Virus record (IMG/VR): IMGVR_UViG_3300025389_000021
Location: 1 to 64,000 of that record
Reading direction: 5' to 3' (one strand)
From: a virus
Lineage: Duplodnaviria; Caudoviricetes
Length of the DNA stretch: 64,000 bases
The notes below the pieces were generated by a model that searched no databases, was not told the DNA's origin, and was given only the letters and a program-made list of their open reading frames with translations. Every line of letters starts with the position of its first letter. The first letter of the stretch is position 1. This document shows positions 8,882 to 16,650 of the stretch, in pieces. The position numbers and the translations under genes are program-made.

Positions 8882-9411
8882 ACACTGAAGAACGACAAGG
8901 TGTCGTTTACTTTACAGGTTATGAAGTCGAACATACGATTTGTCATGGTATGTACACATTATTTGTAGTGGGCACACCGCCTGTAGAAGATATACTACGT
9001 ATTGCAGACGACAGTCAAGCATACTTAGACGAGTCTAAGCGTATCCGACATATCTACTTTGGTACTAGTCAGAGCTTTAACCCTAAAAGCATCACGCATG
9101 AAGAATATAAAGCATGGGATGATGTTATTATTCCATGTTTGAAGAAAGATTATTGGGTGACATTGGACTTTGATGTTAGTCACTCGGAAGGTGTACTTGA
9201 ATCTTGTTATAGTGAATATCCAAGATTCGTACCTATGATTAGTGTTAAACTACCCTACATTAATCAACATAACTATAACGCCACACTTAAACTGGATGAT
9301 CGTACCTGGGGTGCTACCAATCCAGGTGTGTGGACTCATCAACTACATGATCTAATGCGTATGGACAAATATACACATTGGGATCAATATACACAAGACA
9401 CACCAGCATGA
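8872..9411 (+). CDS. Hypothetical protein in the deazaguanine cluster
   Basis: 179 aa, overlapping both neighbours. Enzyme-like motifs GYEVEHT, TLFVVG, HIYFG and KLDD..WGATNPGVW.H. Confidence 0.7.
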   Translation: MGLNTEERQGVVYFTGYEVEHTICHGMYTLFVVGTPPVEDILRIADDSQAYLDESKRIRHIYFGTSQSFNPKSITHEEYKAWDDVIIPCLKKDYWVTLDFDVSHSEGVLESCYSEYPRFVPMISVKLPYINQHNYNATLKLDDRTWGATNPGVWTHQLHDLMRMDKYTHWDQYTQDTPA

Positions 9412-9806
9412 TAGAAAATGTATTACGCCAAGATTGGCGCCCAAACAAGATGATCTGGGTCACCTTCCAAAAAGAAGGCATCCATGCTTATCCAGCGGCC
9501 GCAACTGATCCAAACTTAGCAACAGGAGATGAATATGATGTATCGTTTTTGGCTACTCCTCATCGTCATATATTCCATTTTCGCGTTTGGCTTTCAGTTA
9601 CCCACAACGACCGTGATGTCGAATTCATCCAGTTCAAACGATGGTTGGAAAATTTATACAAAGACAGTATACTAAAACTAGATTATAAGAGTTGCGAGAT
9701 GATGTCAGACGATTTGTATGACATGATTTCACAAAGGTATCCAAGCCGTGAGGTTTGGATTGAGGTCTCCGAAGACGGAGAAAATGGTTCGTTTATTAAA
9801 TATTAA
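9408..9806 (+). CDS. QueD/PTPS-fold (T-fold) protein with LxxxHRHxF motif (DpdL-like)
   Basis: GIH.YP, LATPHRHIFHF, DRDVEFI, SCEM and VSEDGENG. It lacks the canonical QueD CxxxHGH. Start at the ATG at 9408 (ATGA overlap). Confidence 0.75.
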   Translation: MIENVLRQDWRPNKMIWVTFQKEGIHAYPAAATDPNLATGDEYDVSFLATPHRHIFHFRVWLSVTHNDRDVEFIQFKRWLENLYKDSILKLDYKSCEMMSDDLYDMISQRYPSREVWIEVSEDGENGSFIKY

Positions 9807-9817
9807 GGAAAGCTATA

Positions 9818-10078
9818 ATGGCTAAGAACTACAAGGACATCAACTATTTTGAAACTCGTCCGGATATTGTTAAAATCTTTGATGATCTAGAGGCATTCCA
9901 TGACTGGTGCCGTATGGAGGGGGCTCCATTTGATGAAGCTCATCTTTATAATAGAGAAAGCTGGCAGTGGCGTAACTTTGATAAGACACGCCGTCCTAAG
10001 AAGCCGTTTACAGGTGAACGTAAACCTTACCTAGGCAAAAATCCACGTCCTTATAACAATGAACGTATTTCTAATTGA
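9818..10078 (+). CDS. Hypothetical protein
   Basis: 86 aa with an AAGGA SD and a basic C-terminal tail. Confidence 0.7.
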   Translation: MAKNYKDINYFETRPDIVKIFDDLEAFHDWCRMEGAPFDEAHLYNRESWQWRNFDKTRRPKKPFTGERKPYLGKNPRPYNNERISN

Positions 10079-11156
10079 TCTAGAAGCTGTTGAGACAAGG
10101 TACACTGGCGAGTGGAAACGCCATGTACCTAATCTCTTACGAAAGGCAGGACACAATGTTCAAATTATATCTGGGCCTGAGGATATTCCTACAGCCACTA
10201 CTCCTGGTGCTTTTCTTAATTTTGGCGGCACCAATATATATAAGTCTCGACAAGTGGAACAAATGGGGCGCCTATTTTGCTCCGGATCAGTTAAACCTGG
10301 CGATCATTTCCTGTTTACCGATGCTTGGCATCCTGGCATCATAAACTTAAAGTACATGAGTGAACTACTGAACATTCCAGTAGTCACGCATGGCTTGTGG
10401 CATGCTGGTAGTTATGATCCTCAAGACTTTCTTGGACGCTTAGTTGGCAATAAGCCTTGGGTACGTCACGCAGAGAAGAGTTTCTTCCATGCATTTGATC
10501 ACAACTATTTTGCTACAGATTTTCATATCAAGATGTTTGTTACTAATCTATTAAATGATTATCCAAATGAAAATCCCTGGCTGGCGGATGACTTGAATGA
10601 TATTCTTGCAGGTGAAGATCCAAGATTTGTTCGCACTGGATGGCCAATGGAGTATATGGAAGATACATTGACCATGTATAAGAATATGCCCAAGCGTGAT
10701 CTTATTCTTTTCCCGCATCGCATCGCACCTGAGAAGCAGGTTGAGATTTTCAGAGACTTGGCTACACACTTACCGCAATATGAATTTGTAGTGTGTCAGG
10801 ATCAACAGCTAACAAAAAATGAATATCATAACTTGTTAGGCGAAGCAAAGATGGTGTTTAGTGCTAACTTACAAGAAACACTAGGCATTAGTTGCTATGA
10901 AGGTGCGGTAGTTGATGCTATTCCCATGGTTCCGGATAGGCTCAGTTACAGTGAAATGTATTATGACACATTCAAATATCCTAGCGTATGGACTAACGAT
11001 TATGATACATATACAGTATACAGACCAGATTTGTGTCGTAAAATAATAGAACATATGGATAATTATTCTACAAGAATACCTATGATCCGAAAACAAGCAA
11101 AGGATTTACATGAACGATTCTTCAGCGCCACAGCACTCCTTAGACGATTTACTTGA
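10059..11156 (+). CDS. GT-B (GT4-like) glycosyltransferase
   Basis: FPHRIAPEKQ, SANLQETLGISCYEG and P.VPDRLSY.EM, the nucleotide-sugar-binding C-domain signature. Confidence 0.8.
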   Translation: MNVFLIDLEAVETRYTGEWKRHVPNLLRKAGHNVQIISGPEDIPTATTPGAFLNFGGTNIYKSRQVEQMGRLFCSGSVKPGDHFLFTDAWHPGIINLKYMSELLNIPVVTHGLWHAGSYDPQDFLGRLVGNKPWVRHAEKSFFHAFDHNYFATDFHIKMFVTNLLNDYPNENPWLADDLNDILAGEDPRFVRTGWPMEYMEDTLTMYKNMPKRDLILFPHRIAPEKQVEIFRDLATHLPQYEFVVCQDQQLTKNEYHNLLGEAKMVFSANLQETLGISCYEGAVVDAIPMVPDRLSYSEMYYDTFKYPSVWTNDYDTYTVYRPDLCRKIIEHMDNYSTRIPMIRKQAKDLHERFFSATALLRRFT

Positions 11157-11577
11157 AAAAGTAAAACAGTACACATCGTCAACTTATGTTGTCAACAGTG
11201 ATACTGTTACTATTTCAAACAATGGTAATACCTCTGGTACCATATCATCTATTGATCTAAATACTATTGACAATATTACACTTGGCACAACCATACCTTC
11301 AAACTATTATTATACTGCACCTAGTACATTAGGAACCATAAGTATAGGAAGCGGATTAACTAGTGCTAGTATAGCAGGTCTTAATACTATAAACACTTCA
11401 CAATTTAATATACAGTTACCAGAAGAATGGGTAGATCGATTTCCCGAATGGGATCGCATAAAAGATATGTGTGAACAATATCCCGGATTAAAAATAGCAT
11501 TTGACAAATTCAAAACAACTTACCTATTAGTGAAAGGACACTATGATACTCCAGAAGATGAAAGACCGCGTCCTTAA
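11110..11577 (+). CDS. Hypothetical protein with Thr/Ser-rich N-terminus and helical C-terminus
   Basis: Low-complexity T/S/I tract followed by CEQYPGLKIAFDKFKTTY. Confidence 0.65.
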   Translation: MNDSSAPQHSLDDLLEKVKQYTSSTYVVNSDTVTISNNGNTSGTISSIDLNTIDNITLGTTIPSNYYYTAPSTLGTISIGSGLTSASIAGLNTINTSQFNIQLPEEWVDRFPEWDRIKDMCEQYPGLKIAFDKFKTTYLLVKGHYDTPEDERPRP

Positions 11578-12034
11578 TTGGCTTGAGCGACATGATCGCA
11601 AACGAATTATTATGGATCGTACCGAAAACGAACCATATCTAGAACGCTATTATGTATTGTTCAAAGAACGTGTCACATTTCCTTATAACGTATTCTTACA
11701 TAAATTCTGTAAAAGCGATCCAGATGATGTACATGATCATCCTTGGAATTACTTTACTATCATTCTTGCCGGCGGTTACTATGAGTGGATTGCTCAGTTC
11801 AACGAAGATGGTACAAAGAACTGCGAAGTAAGAGTATGGCGTGGTCCCGGTAGTTTCCGTTTTGGTAACACACATACCTTTCACCGTATTGAATTAAAAG
11901 AGGGCGTTACTCCTTGGACATTGTTCTTTGTAGGTAAGCGTCAACGTGAGTGGGGATTTATTGTAGAAAATAAATGGATCCACTTTGAAAAATATTTAAG
12001 TGATAGAAAGAATGGCCTACTTCCCAACAACTAA
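11543..12034 (+). CDS. Cupin-fold (cysteine-dioxygenase-like) protein
   Basis: LHKF..SD...HDHPW...IL.GGY.E...FHRIEL...WTLF metal-binding cupin pattern. Confidence 0.7.
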   Translation: MILQKMKDRVLNWLERHDRKRIIMDRTENEPYLERYYVLFKERVTFPYNVFLHKFCKSDPDDVHDHPWNYFTIILAGGYYEWIAQFNEDGTKNCEVRVWRGPGSFRFGNTHTFHRIELKEGVTPWTLFFVGKRQREWGFIVENKWIHFEKYLSDRKNGLLPNN

Positions 12035-12401
12035 TACAACTGCTACTTCAGTATATACTAATGGTACCAGCACAGCTACTATACCAAATGGTGGTTATTT
12101 AACGTCGACTGGAACTAACACTATTTGGACCACTAATACAAGCGTTCCAAATAGCGAAGTGATGAGGATTAATCAAACCAATCCTGCCACTATAGAAGTT
12201 AAAGGTAACATGGTTATTAACGGAGTTGATTTAGAAGAACGGTTAAAGACAATCGAAACAGTATTGCAAATTCCAGAAAGAGATGTTATACTAGAACGTA
12301 AACATCCTAAACTTAAAAAGATGTACGATGACTACATAAAGGCTTTGGGCAAATACAGAACATTTGAAGCAATTAAAGGAGATGAAGATGGAACTACATG
12401 A
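12012..12401 (+). CDS. Hypothetical protein with Thr-rich N-terminus and helical C-terminus
   Basis: T-rich tract followed by LERKHPKLKKMYDDY. Same layout as 11110..11577. Confidence 0.65.
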   Translation: MAYFPTTNTTATSVYTNGTSTATIPNGGYLTSTGTNTIWTTNTSVPNSEVMRINQTNPATIEVKGNMVINGVDLEERLKTIETVLQIPERDVILERKHPKLKKMYDDYIKALGKYRTFEAIKGDEDGTT

Positions 12402-12618
12402 ATCAGTTAGAGATACTTATAAAGAACAAATTATCAAAGAGCATGACGGATATCGATTGAAACTCAAGAAGCATGAAGTACTCAATCCTAAAGGATTATT
12501 AAGCATTGACATGGTTCAAGAAAGTTTGAAAGACGGGGAAGTTGTTGACTCGCAAGTATATAATTTCTTTATGACTAAAGAAGAAGTAGCAACACTGGCA
12601 TCCGCATTGATAGCATGA
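12388..12618 (+). CDS. Hypothetical protein
   Basis: GGAG SD. Overlaps its neighbours. Confidence 0.6.
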   Translation: MELHESVRDTYKEQIIKEHDGYRLKLKKHEVLNPKGLLSIDMVQESLKDGEVVDSQVYNFFMTKEEVATLASALIA

Positions 12619-13103
12619 AGAAGATCTATTACACTTGGACTCAAGTAGAGGGTGCTTGTTTAGATCTATCCAGACAAATAATACAGGATAAATGGTATCC
12701 TGACTATATTGTTGGTTTGAATAGGGGAGGCCTTGTACCGGCTAATTTAATTAGTCAATACTTAGACATTCCTATGGCTACACTTATGGTCAGTCTCAGA
12801 GATGGCGGCATTAAAGTTAGCGACACAGGTATGGCGGAAGATGCCTACAACGGTCAAAATATCCTAGTTGTAGATGACATCAACGATCAAGGTTCTACGA
12901 TTGCTTGGATTAAAAAAGATTGGCAAACTAGTTGTTTGCCAGGCGAAACACAATGGCAAACTACATGGGGTCATAATGTACGTTTTGCAGTATTAACAAA
13001 TAACCTATCCAGCAAGGAAGATGTTGATTATACCTATTGGGAAGTCAACAAAGCCGAAGAAGATTGCTGGCTAGTTTATCCTTGGGAGGAATTTTGGAAA
13101 TGA
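12615..13103 (+). CDS. Type I (xanthine/guanine-like) phosphoribosyltransferase
   Basis: IVGLNRGGLVPA, PRPP-binding ILVVDDINDQGST and C-terminal WLVYPWE. Confidence 0.88.
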   Translation: MKKIYYTWTQVEGACLDLSRQIIQDKWYPDYIVGLNRGGLVPANLISQYLDIPMATLMVSLRDGGIKVSDTGMAEDAYNGQNILVVDDINDQGSTIAWIKKDWQTSCLPGETQWQTTWGHNVRFAVLTNNLSSKEDVDYTYWEVNKAEEDCWLVYPWEEFWK

Positions 13104-13291
13104 CATCAGCAGTAATTAAACTTATTATCGGACTTGCATTTATTTTAATTGCAATTTCCGTTGGCCCAATCATTGGTATATGGTCATTGAATACACTATT
13201 TCCAGTATTACATATTGAGTTAACATGGCAAACTTGGTTAGCTTTTAATATTTTATTTGGTAGTAGTATTGCTACTAGGATAAAAGGATGA
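13100..13291 (+). CDS. Small membrane protein
   Basis: Two hydrophobic segments. ATGA overlap with the PRTase. Confidence 0.6.
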   Translation: MTSAVIKLIIGLAFILIAISVGPIIGIWSLNTLFPVLHIELTWQTWLAFNILFGSSIATRIKG

Positions 13292-13458
13292 ACCCCGATA
13301 TTCAAGCTATCAAAGAAAAAATTGATAAAGTTAATAGCGATATTTTGAAATTATCTGAAAGTGGAACTAGTCTTCAAGGTATTCAAGCATTAAACAATTA
13401 CAAAGATTATTTAGAAGACGAACTACGCAATTTAGAAAAAAATGCAAAAAAAACATAG
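13288..13458 (+). CDS. Small coiled-coil protein (not in the ORF track)
   Basis: Hand translation: MNPDIQAIKEKIDKVNSDILKLSESGTSLQGIQALNNYKDYLEDELRNLEKNAKKT. ATGA overlap. Confidence 0.55.
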   Translation: MNPDIQAIKEKIDKVNSDILKLSESGTSLQGIQALNNYKDYLEDELRNLEKNAKKT

Positions 13459-13690
13459 TAGTACAGGTATTATTGCCTCTAAAAAAGAAGGCCGTGTCCA
13501 TATGGTAAGGATACCATGGAAGGGACAAAATAACTATTGGTGGAATGAAGCCTGTGCTGATGTGATAGAAGTATTTGGATTGCCTGGAGATCGATTCACT
13601 AGTCATCCTACCGAAAACAACATGGACTTTTATTTCAAATCAAAAAAGGATGCAGACTTATGCAAAATACTTCTATCAGAGAGAATTTAG
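13442..13690 (+). CDS. Hypothetical protein
   Basis: 82 aa. The start could instead be 13502. Confidence 0.55.
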   Translation: MQKKHSSTGIIASKKEGRVHMVRIPWKGQNNYWWNEACADVIEVFGLPGDRFTSHPTENNMDFYFKSKKDADLCKILLSERI

Positions 13691-13878
13691 ATTTTTATTC
13701 AGTACTAGTACTAGGAATTGCTTTAGTAGTATTTGCTATCTATTGGAATTATACACATCCGCATGTTGTTGTAAAATATGATTGTTCAATATCTGAAATA
13801 AGTCCAGATTATCCTATACCCGTTAAAGAAGCCTGCCGTAAACTTCGAGCAGAAAATAACTTGCAATCGTCTAAATAA
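13660..13878 (+). CDS. Small membrane-anchored protein
   Basis: N-terminal TM segment followed by YDCS.SEISPDYP..VKEAC. Confidence 0.55.
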   Translation: MQNTSIRENLDFYSVLVLGIALVVFAIYWNYTHPHVVVKYDCSISEISPDYPIPVKEACRKLRAENNLQSSK

Positions 13879-13890
13879 ACCTATATAATA
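13861..13890 (+). promoter_or_regulatory. Sigma70-type promoter for the folE block
   Basis: TTGCAA-17 nt-TATAAT. Shares AAACCTATATAATA with 4369-4382. Confidence 0.6.
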
Positions 13891-13906
13891 GTACAAAGGA
13901 ACAAGT

Positions 13907-14671
13907 ATGACTGAATCGAGAATCTATCAAAATTTAATTATAGGCGCTGACATGCAGGAAGACGATAACACAGAATATCAAGAAGCCAATCTAGCAGATG
14001 TTTTGCGTTTCAAAATGAAACGTGACAATAAACGTTTTTGGGCTGGCGATAACATCAGCGAATATGTTACAGAAGAAAACAAAGAACAATTAATCACAGA
14101 AGCAACACAGGCATTTGAAAAAGTATTAGATACTTTGCTGATTGATCGTGAAACAGATCCTAATAGCAAGGGCACAGCACGTCGTCTTGCTAAAATGTAC
14201 TTTAATGAAATAATGGCAGGACGTTATGAACCAGCACCGGATGCAACAGCATTTCCTAACGACAGCGAAGACAGATACGAAGGTATGTTGGTGGTACGTA
14301 GTGAGCTCCGCTCTATGTGCAGTCATCATCATCAGCCCGTTACTGGTGTCGCTTACATTGGCATCATCGCCGCACAAAAACTTATTGGTTTGTCTAAGTA
14401 CACTCGTATTGCTCAGTGGTGTGCTCGTCGCGGCACTCTCCAGGAAGAGTTGTGTAACGATATTGCTAGGGAAATACAAAAAGCCACAGGAGCCACAGAC
14501 TTAGGTGTATATGTGCAAGCCATACATGGTTGTTGTGAGAACCGTGGCATTATGGCACACTCTAGTCTTACACAAACAACTGTACTCAAAGGTGCGTTCA
14601 AAGACGACCACGGTACAAAGAAAGAGTTTTTTGACAATATTAAAATGCAACAGGAGTATGCTTCAAAATGA
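13907..14671 (+). CDS. folE: GTP cyclohydrolase I
   Basis: TARRLAKMY, SMCSHHHQP, IGLSKYTRI, LQEEL and HGCCENRG. Confidence 0.95.
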   Translation: MTESRIYQNLIIGADMQEDDNTEYQEANLADVLRFKMKRDNKRFWAGDNISEYVTEENKEQLITEATQAFEKVLDTLLIDRETDPNSKGTARRLAKMYFNEIMAGRYEPAPDATAFPNDSEDRYEGMLVVRSELRSMCSHHHQPVTGVAYIGIIAAQKLIGLSKYTRIAQWCARRGTLQEELCNDIAREIQKATGATDLGVYVQAIHGCCENRGIMAHSSLTQTTVLKGAFKDDHGTKKEFFDNIKMQQEYASK

Positions 14672-15024
14672 TGTACCAAACGCCAGCTGAAGGCATTATG
14701 AAAACAAACGACTGGGGAGACAGTAAAGTCTACCGAGTTACTTGCAAGTGTGGTGCGTCCGATCACGATCATCACATGTGGGTAGAAGCCGATGATCACG
14801 AAGTTAGTGTTACTATCTATACAACTGTAAAAAGTAATTGGTGGAGTAAAACTCGCTGGCATGCTATTTGGCAATTACTAACTAAAGGCTATATTGATAC
14901 AGAATCCACTGTAATTATGAATCGTCAGCAGGCATTTAACTATGCCCAAACATTGTTAAGTGCTGTAGACGACGTAGAACAATTTAGGAAAGAAAAAAAT
15001 GACAAACGCCAAGCAAGTATTTGA
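14668..15024 (+). CDS. Hypothetical protein, possible metal-binding CxC...H
   Basis: YRVTCKCGASDHDHH. Lies between folE and queE. Confidence 0.6.
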   Translation: MMYQTPAEGIMKTNDWGDSKVYRVTCKCGASDHDHHMWVEADDHEVSVTIYTTVKSNWWSKTRWHAIWQLLTKGYIDTESTVIMNRQQAFNYAQTLLSAVDDVEQFRKEKNDKRQASI

Positions 15025-15229
15025 CGAATTATTTTATCGTATGAAGACTACAGACCTAAATAAGTTTGAGATTAAACGTGAAGTAGGCAATAACTGGTTG
15101 CCACAAGGTACAGTTCCGTTTGATTTATCTGCTAAAAATGGTATTGCTACATTTGAAGTGTGGGCAGAAAGTATCCAAGACGCAGAAAATCAAGTAAGTC
15201 AATTTTTAGAAAGAGATGAAGATGAGTAA
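14999..15229 (+). CDS. Hypothetical protein
   Basis: 76 aa, overlapping both neighbours. Confidence 0.55.
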   Translation: MTNAKQVFDELFYRMKTTDLNKFEIKREVGNNWLPQGTVPFDLSAKNGIATFEVWAESIQDAENQVSQFLERDEDE

Positions 15230-16079
15230 AATTAAGATAGCAGAAATTTTTTATAGCCTACAAGGTGAAGGACGCTATGCAGGAGTGCCTAGCGTTTTCT
15301 TGCGTACATTTGGATGCAACTTTCAATGCCGTGGATTTGCCATGCCTAAAGGACAAATTACAACAGAACCAGATGAAATCGCAGAAGTAGTGCATCTCTA
15401 TAATACATACGAGGATTTACCATTAGCAGAAACTGGATGCGATAGTTATGCTTCGTGGCATCCTGGTTTTAAGCATCTAAGTCCAATGATGACCAATGAA
15501 GAAGTTGTTGCAAAGATGGAAAGTATTATTCCTAATAATGCTTGGATGCAAGAAGATGGACATGATATACATTTGGTTATTACAGGCGGAGAGCCACTGC
15601 TAGGTTGGCAGAAAAATTATCCAGATATTATTGCGGCTTGTCAGAAAAAAGGTCTAACTAATATTACATTTGAAACTAATGGCACTCAACGTCTAAGCGA
15701 TGAATTTTATACATGGCTCGATAACACAGGCACAGTACACTCAATGTTTACATTTAGCATAAGTCCTAAATTATCTTGCAGTGGTGAAACATGGGCAAGT
15801 GCTATTCAATCTGAAATTGTAAAAGAATATGAAGGCGTCGGACACTGCTATTTGAAATTTGTAGTAGCTACTGAGGACGATGTTGAAGAAGTTGATCGTG
15901 CTGTAAAAGCCTATCAAGACGTAGGATTTACTGGGCCTACATATTTGATGCCAGTAGGCGGAACAGAAAATACTTACAATCTAAACACTAAACAAGTAGC
16001 TGAACTTGCAATGAAACGTGGTTACCGTTATAGTCCAAGATTACAAGTAGATATTTGGCGCAATGCTTGGGGAACCTAA
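15216..16079 (+). CDS. queE: 7-carboxy-7-deazaguanine synthase (radical SAM)
   Basis: EIFYSLQGEG..G.PSVFLRTFGCNFQC...CDS, VITGGEP, ETNG, SISPKL and RLQVDIW. Confidence 0.92.
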   Translation: MKMSKIKIAEIFYSLQGEGRYAGVPSVFLRTFGCNFQCRGFAMPKGQITTEPDEIAEVVHLYNTYEDLPLAETGCDSYASWHPGFKHLSPMMTNEEVVAKMESIIPNNAWMQEDGHDIHLVITGGEPLLGWQKNYPDIIAACQKKGLTNITFETNGTQRLSDEFYTWLDNTGTVHSMFTFSISPKLSCSGETWASAIQSEIVKEYEGVGHCYLKFVVATEDDVEEVDRAVKAYQDVGFTGPTYLMPVGGTENTYNLNTKQVAELAMKRGYRYSPRLQVDIWRNAWGT

Positions 16080-16223
16080 ATGCTAATCATTGCCGTATTA
16101 CTAATTGTATTAACCATCTTAATAGTATTATTGCTACAGTGGACAACTAATGCATCTAGTGCTTGCACTGGTAATTGCAGGCAAGGCAGAGATTGTGATT
16201 GCATGGAAAAGAAAAATGATTAA
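16080..16223 (+). CDS. Small membrane peptide with Cys-rich tail (not in the ORF track)
   Basis: Hand translation: MLIIAVLLIVLTILIVLLLQWTTNASSACTGNCRQGRDCDCMEKKND. Fills the gap between queE and the next gene. Confidence 0.5.
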   Translation: MLIIAVLLIVLTILIVLLLQWTTNASSACTGNCRQGRDCDCMEKKND

Positions 16224-16650
16224 AAATTTAATTAAAAAATGGTTTGGTATCGATAAGTTAGAAGATAACTTAAAAGTTCTCAAAGAAATGGAAGCCAAAG
16301 CAGTAGCGGCTACTGCTGAAGCTCAAACAGCCGAACAAGAAGCAAAGATGGATCCAAAAACTCGAGCTACTGCTCGAGGAGAACCATATGTAGCAGTTTT
16401 GGATACCCATGTGAACAAAGAAAATGTCCGTAATGGGTTTTTTGAACTTGACTGGAATGACCTGTTTATAGTACAATTAAAACAAGCTGGATACGGATTT
16501 GATGGTGATCCAGATGAAGAGATTGTGGATCGGTGGTTTAGAGATTTGGCAGGCAACATGCTAGCAGAAGCAGGCCAACAACCTAATCGCACAATTGGTG
16601 GTTATATTAATGTAAACAGATTAGGAAACGGCAAAGCCGAAGTTGAATGA
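16216..16650 (+). CDS. Hypothetical protein
   Basis: Probable start MIKNLIKK. Contains GFFELDWN..F...L..AGY...EEIVDRWF. Confidence 0.65.
   Translation: MIKNLIKKWFGIDKLEDNLKVLKEMEAKAVAATAEAQTAEQEAKMDPKTRATARGEPYVAVLDTHVNKENVRNGFFELDWNDLFIVQLKQAGYGFDGDPDEEIVDRWFRDLAGNMLAEAGQQPNRTIGGYINVNRLGNGKAEVE

Noticed and set aside
13430-13460. A-runs suggesting a programmed frameshift or phase variation
   Set aside because: They are explained by two normally overlapping small ORFs in AT-rich, Lys-rich sequence, and no stimulatory structure is seen.
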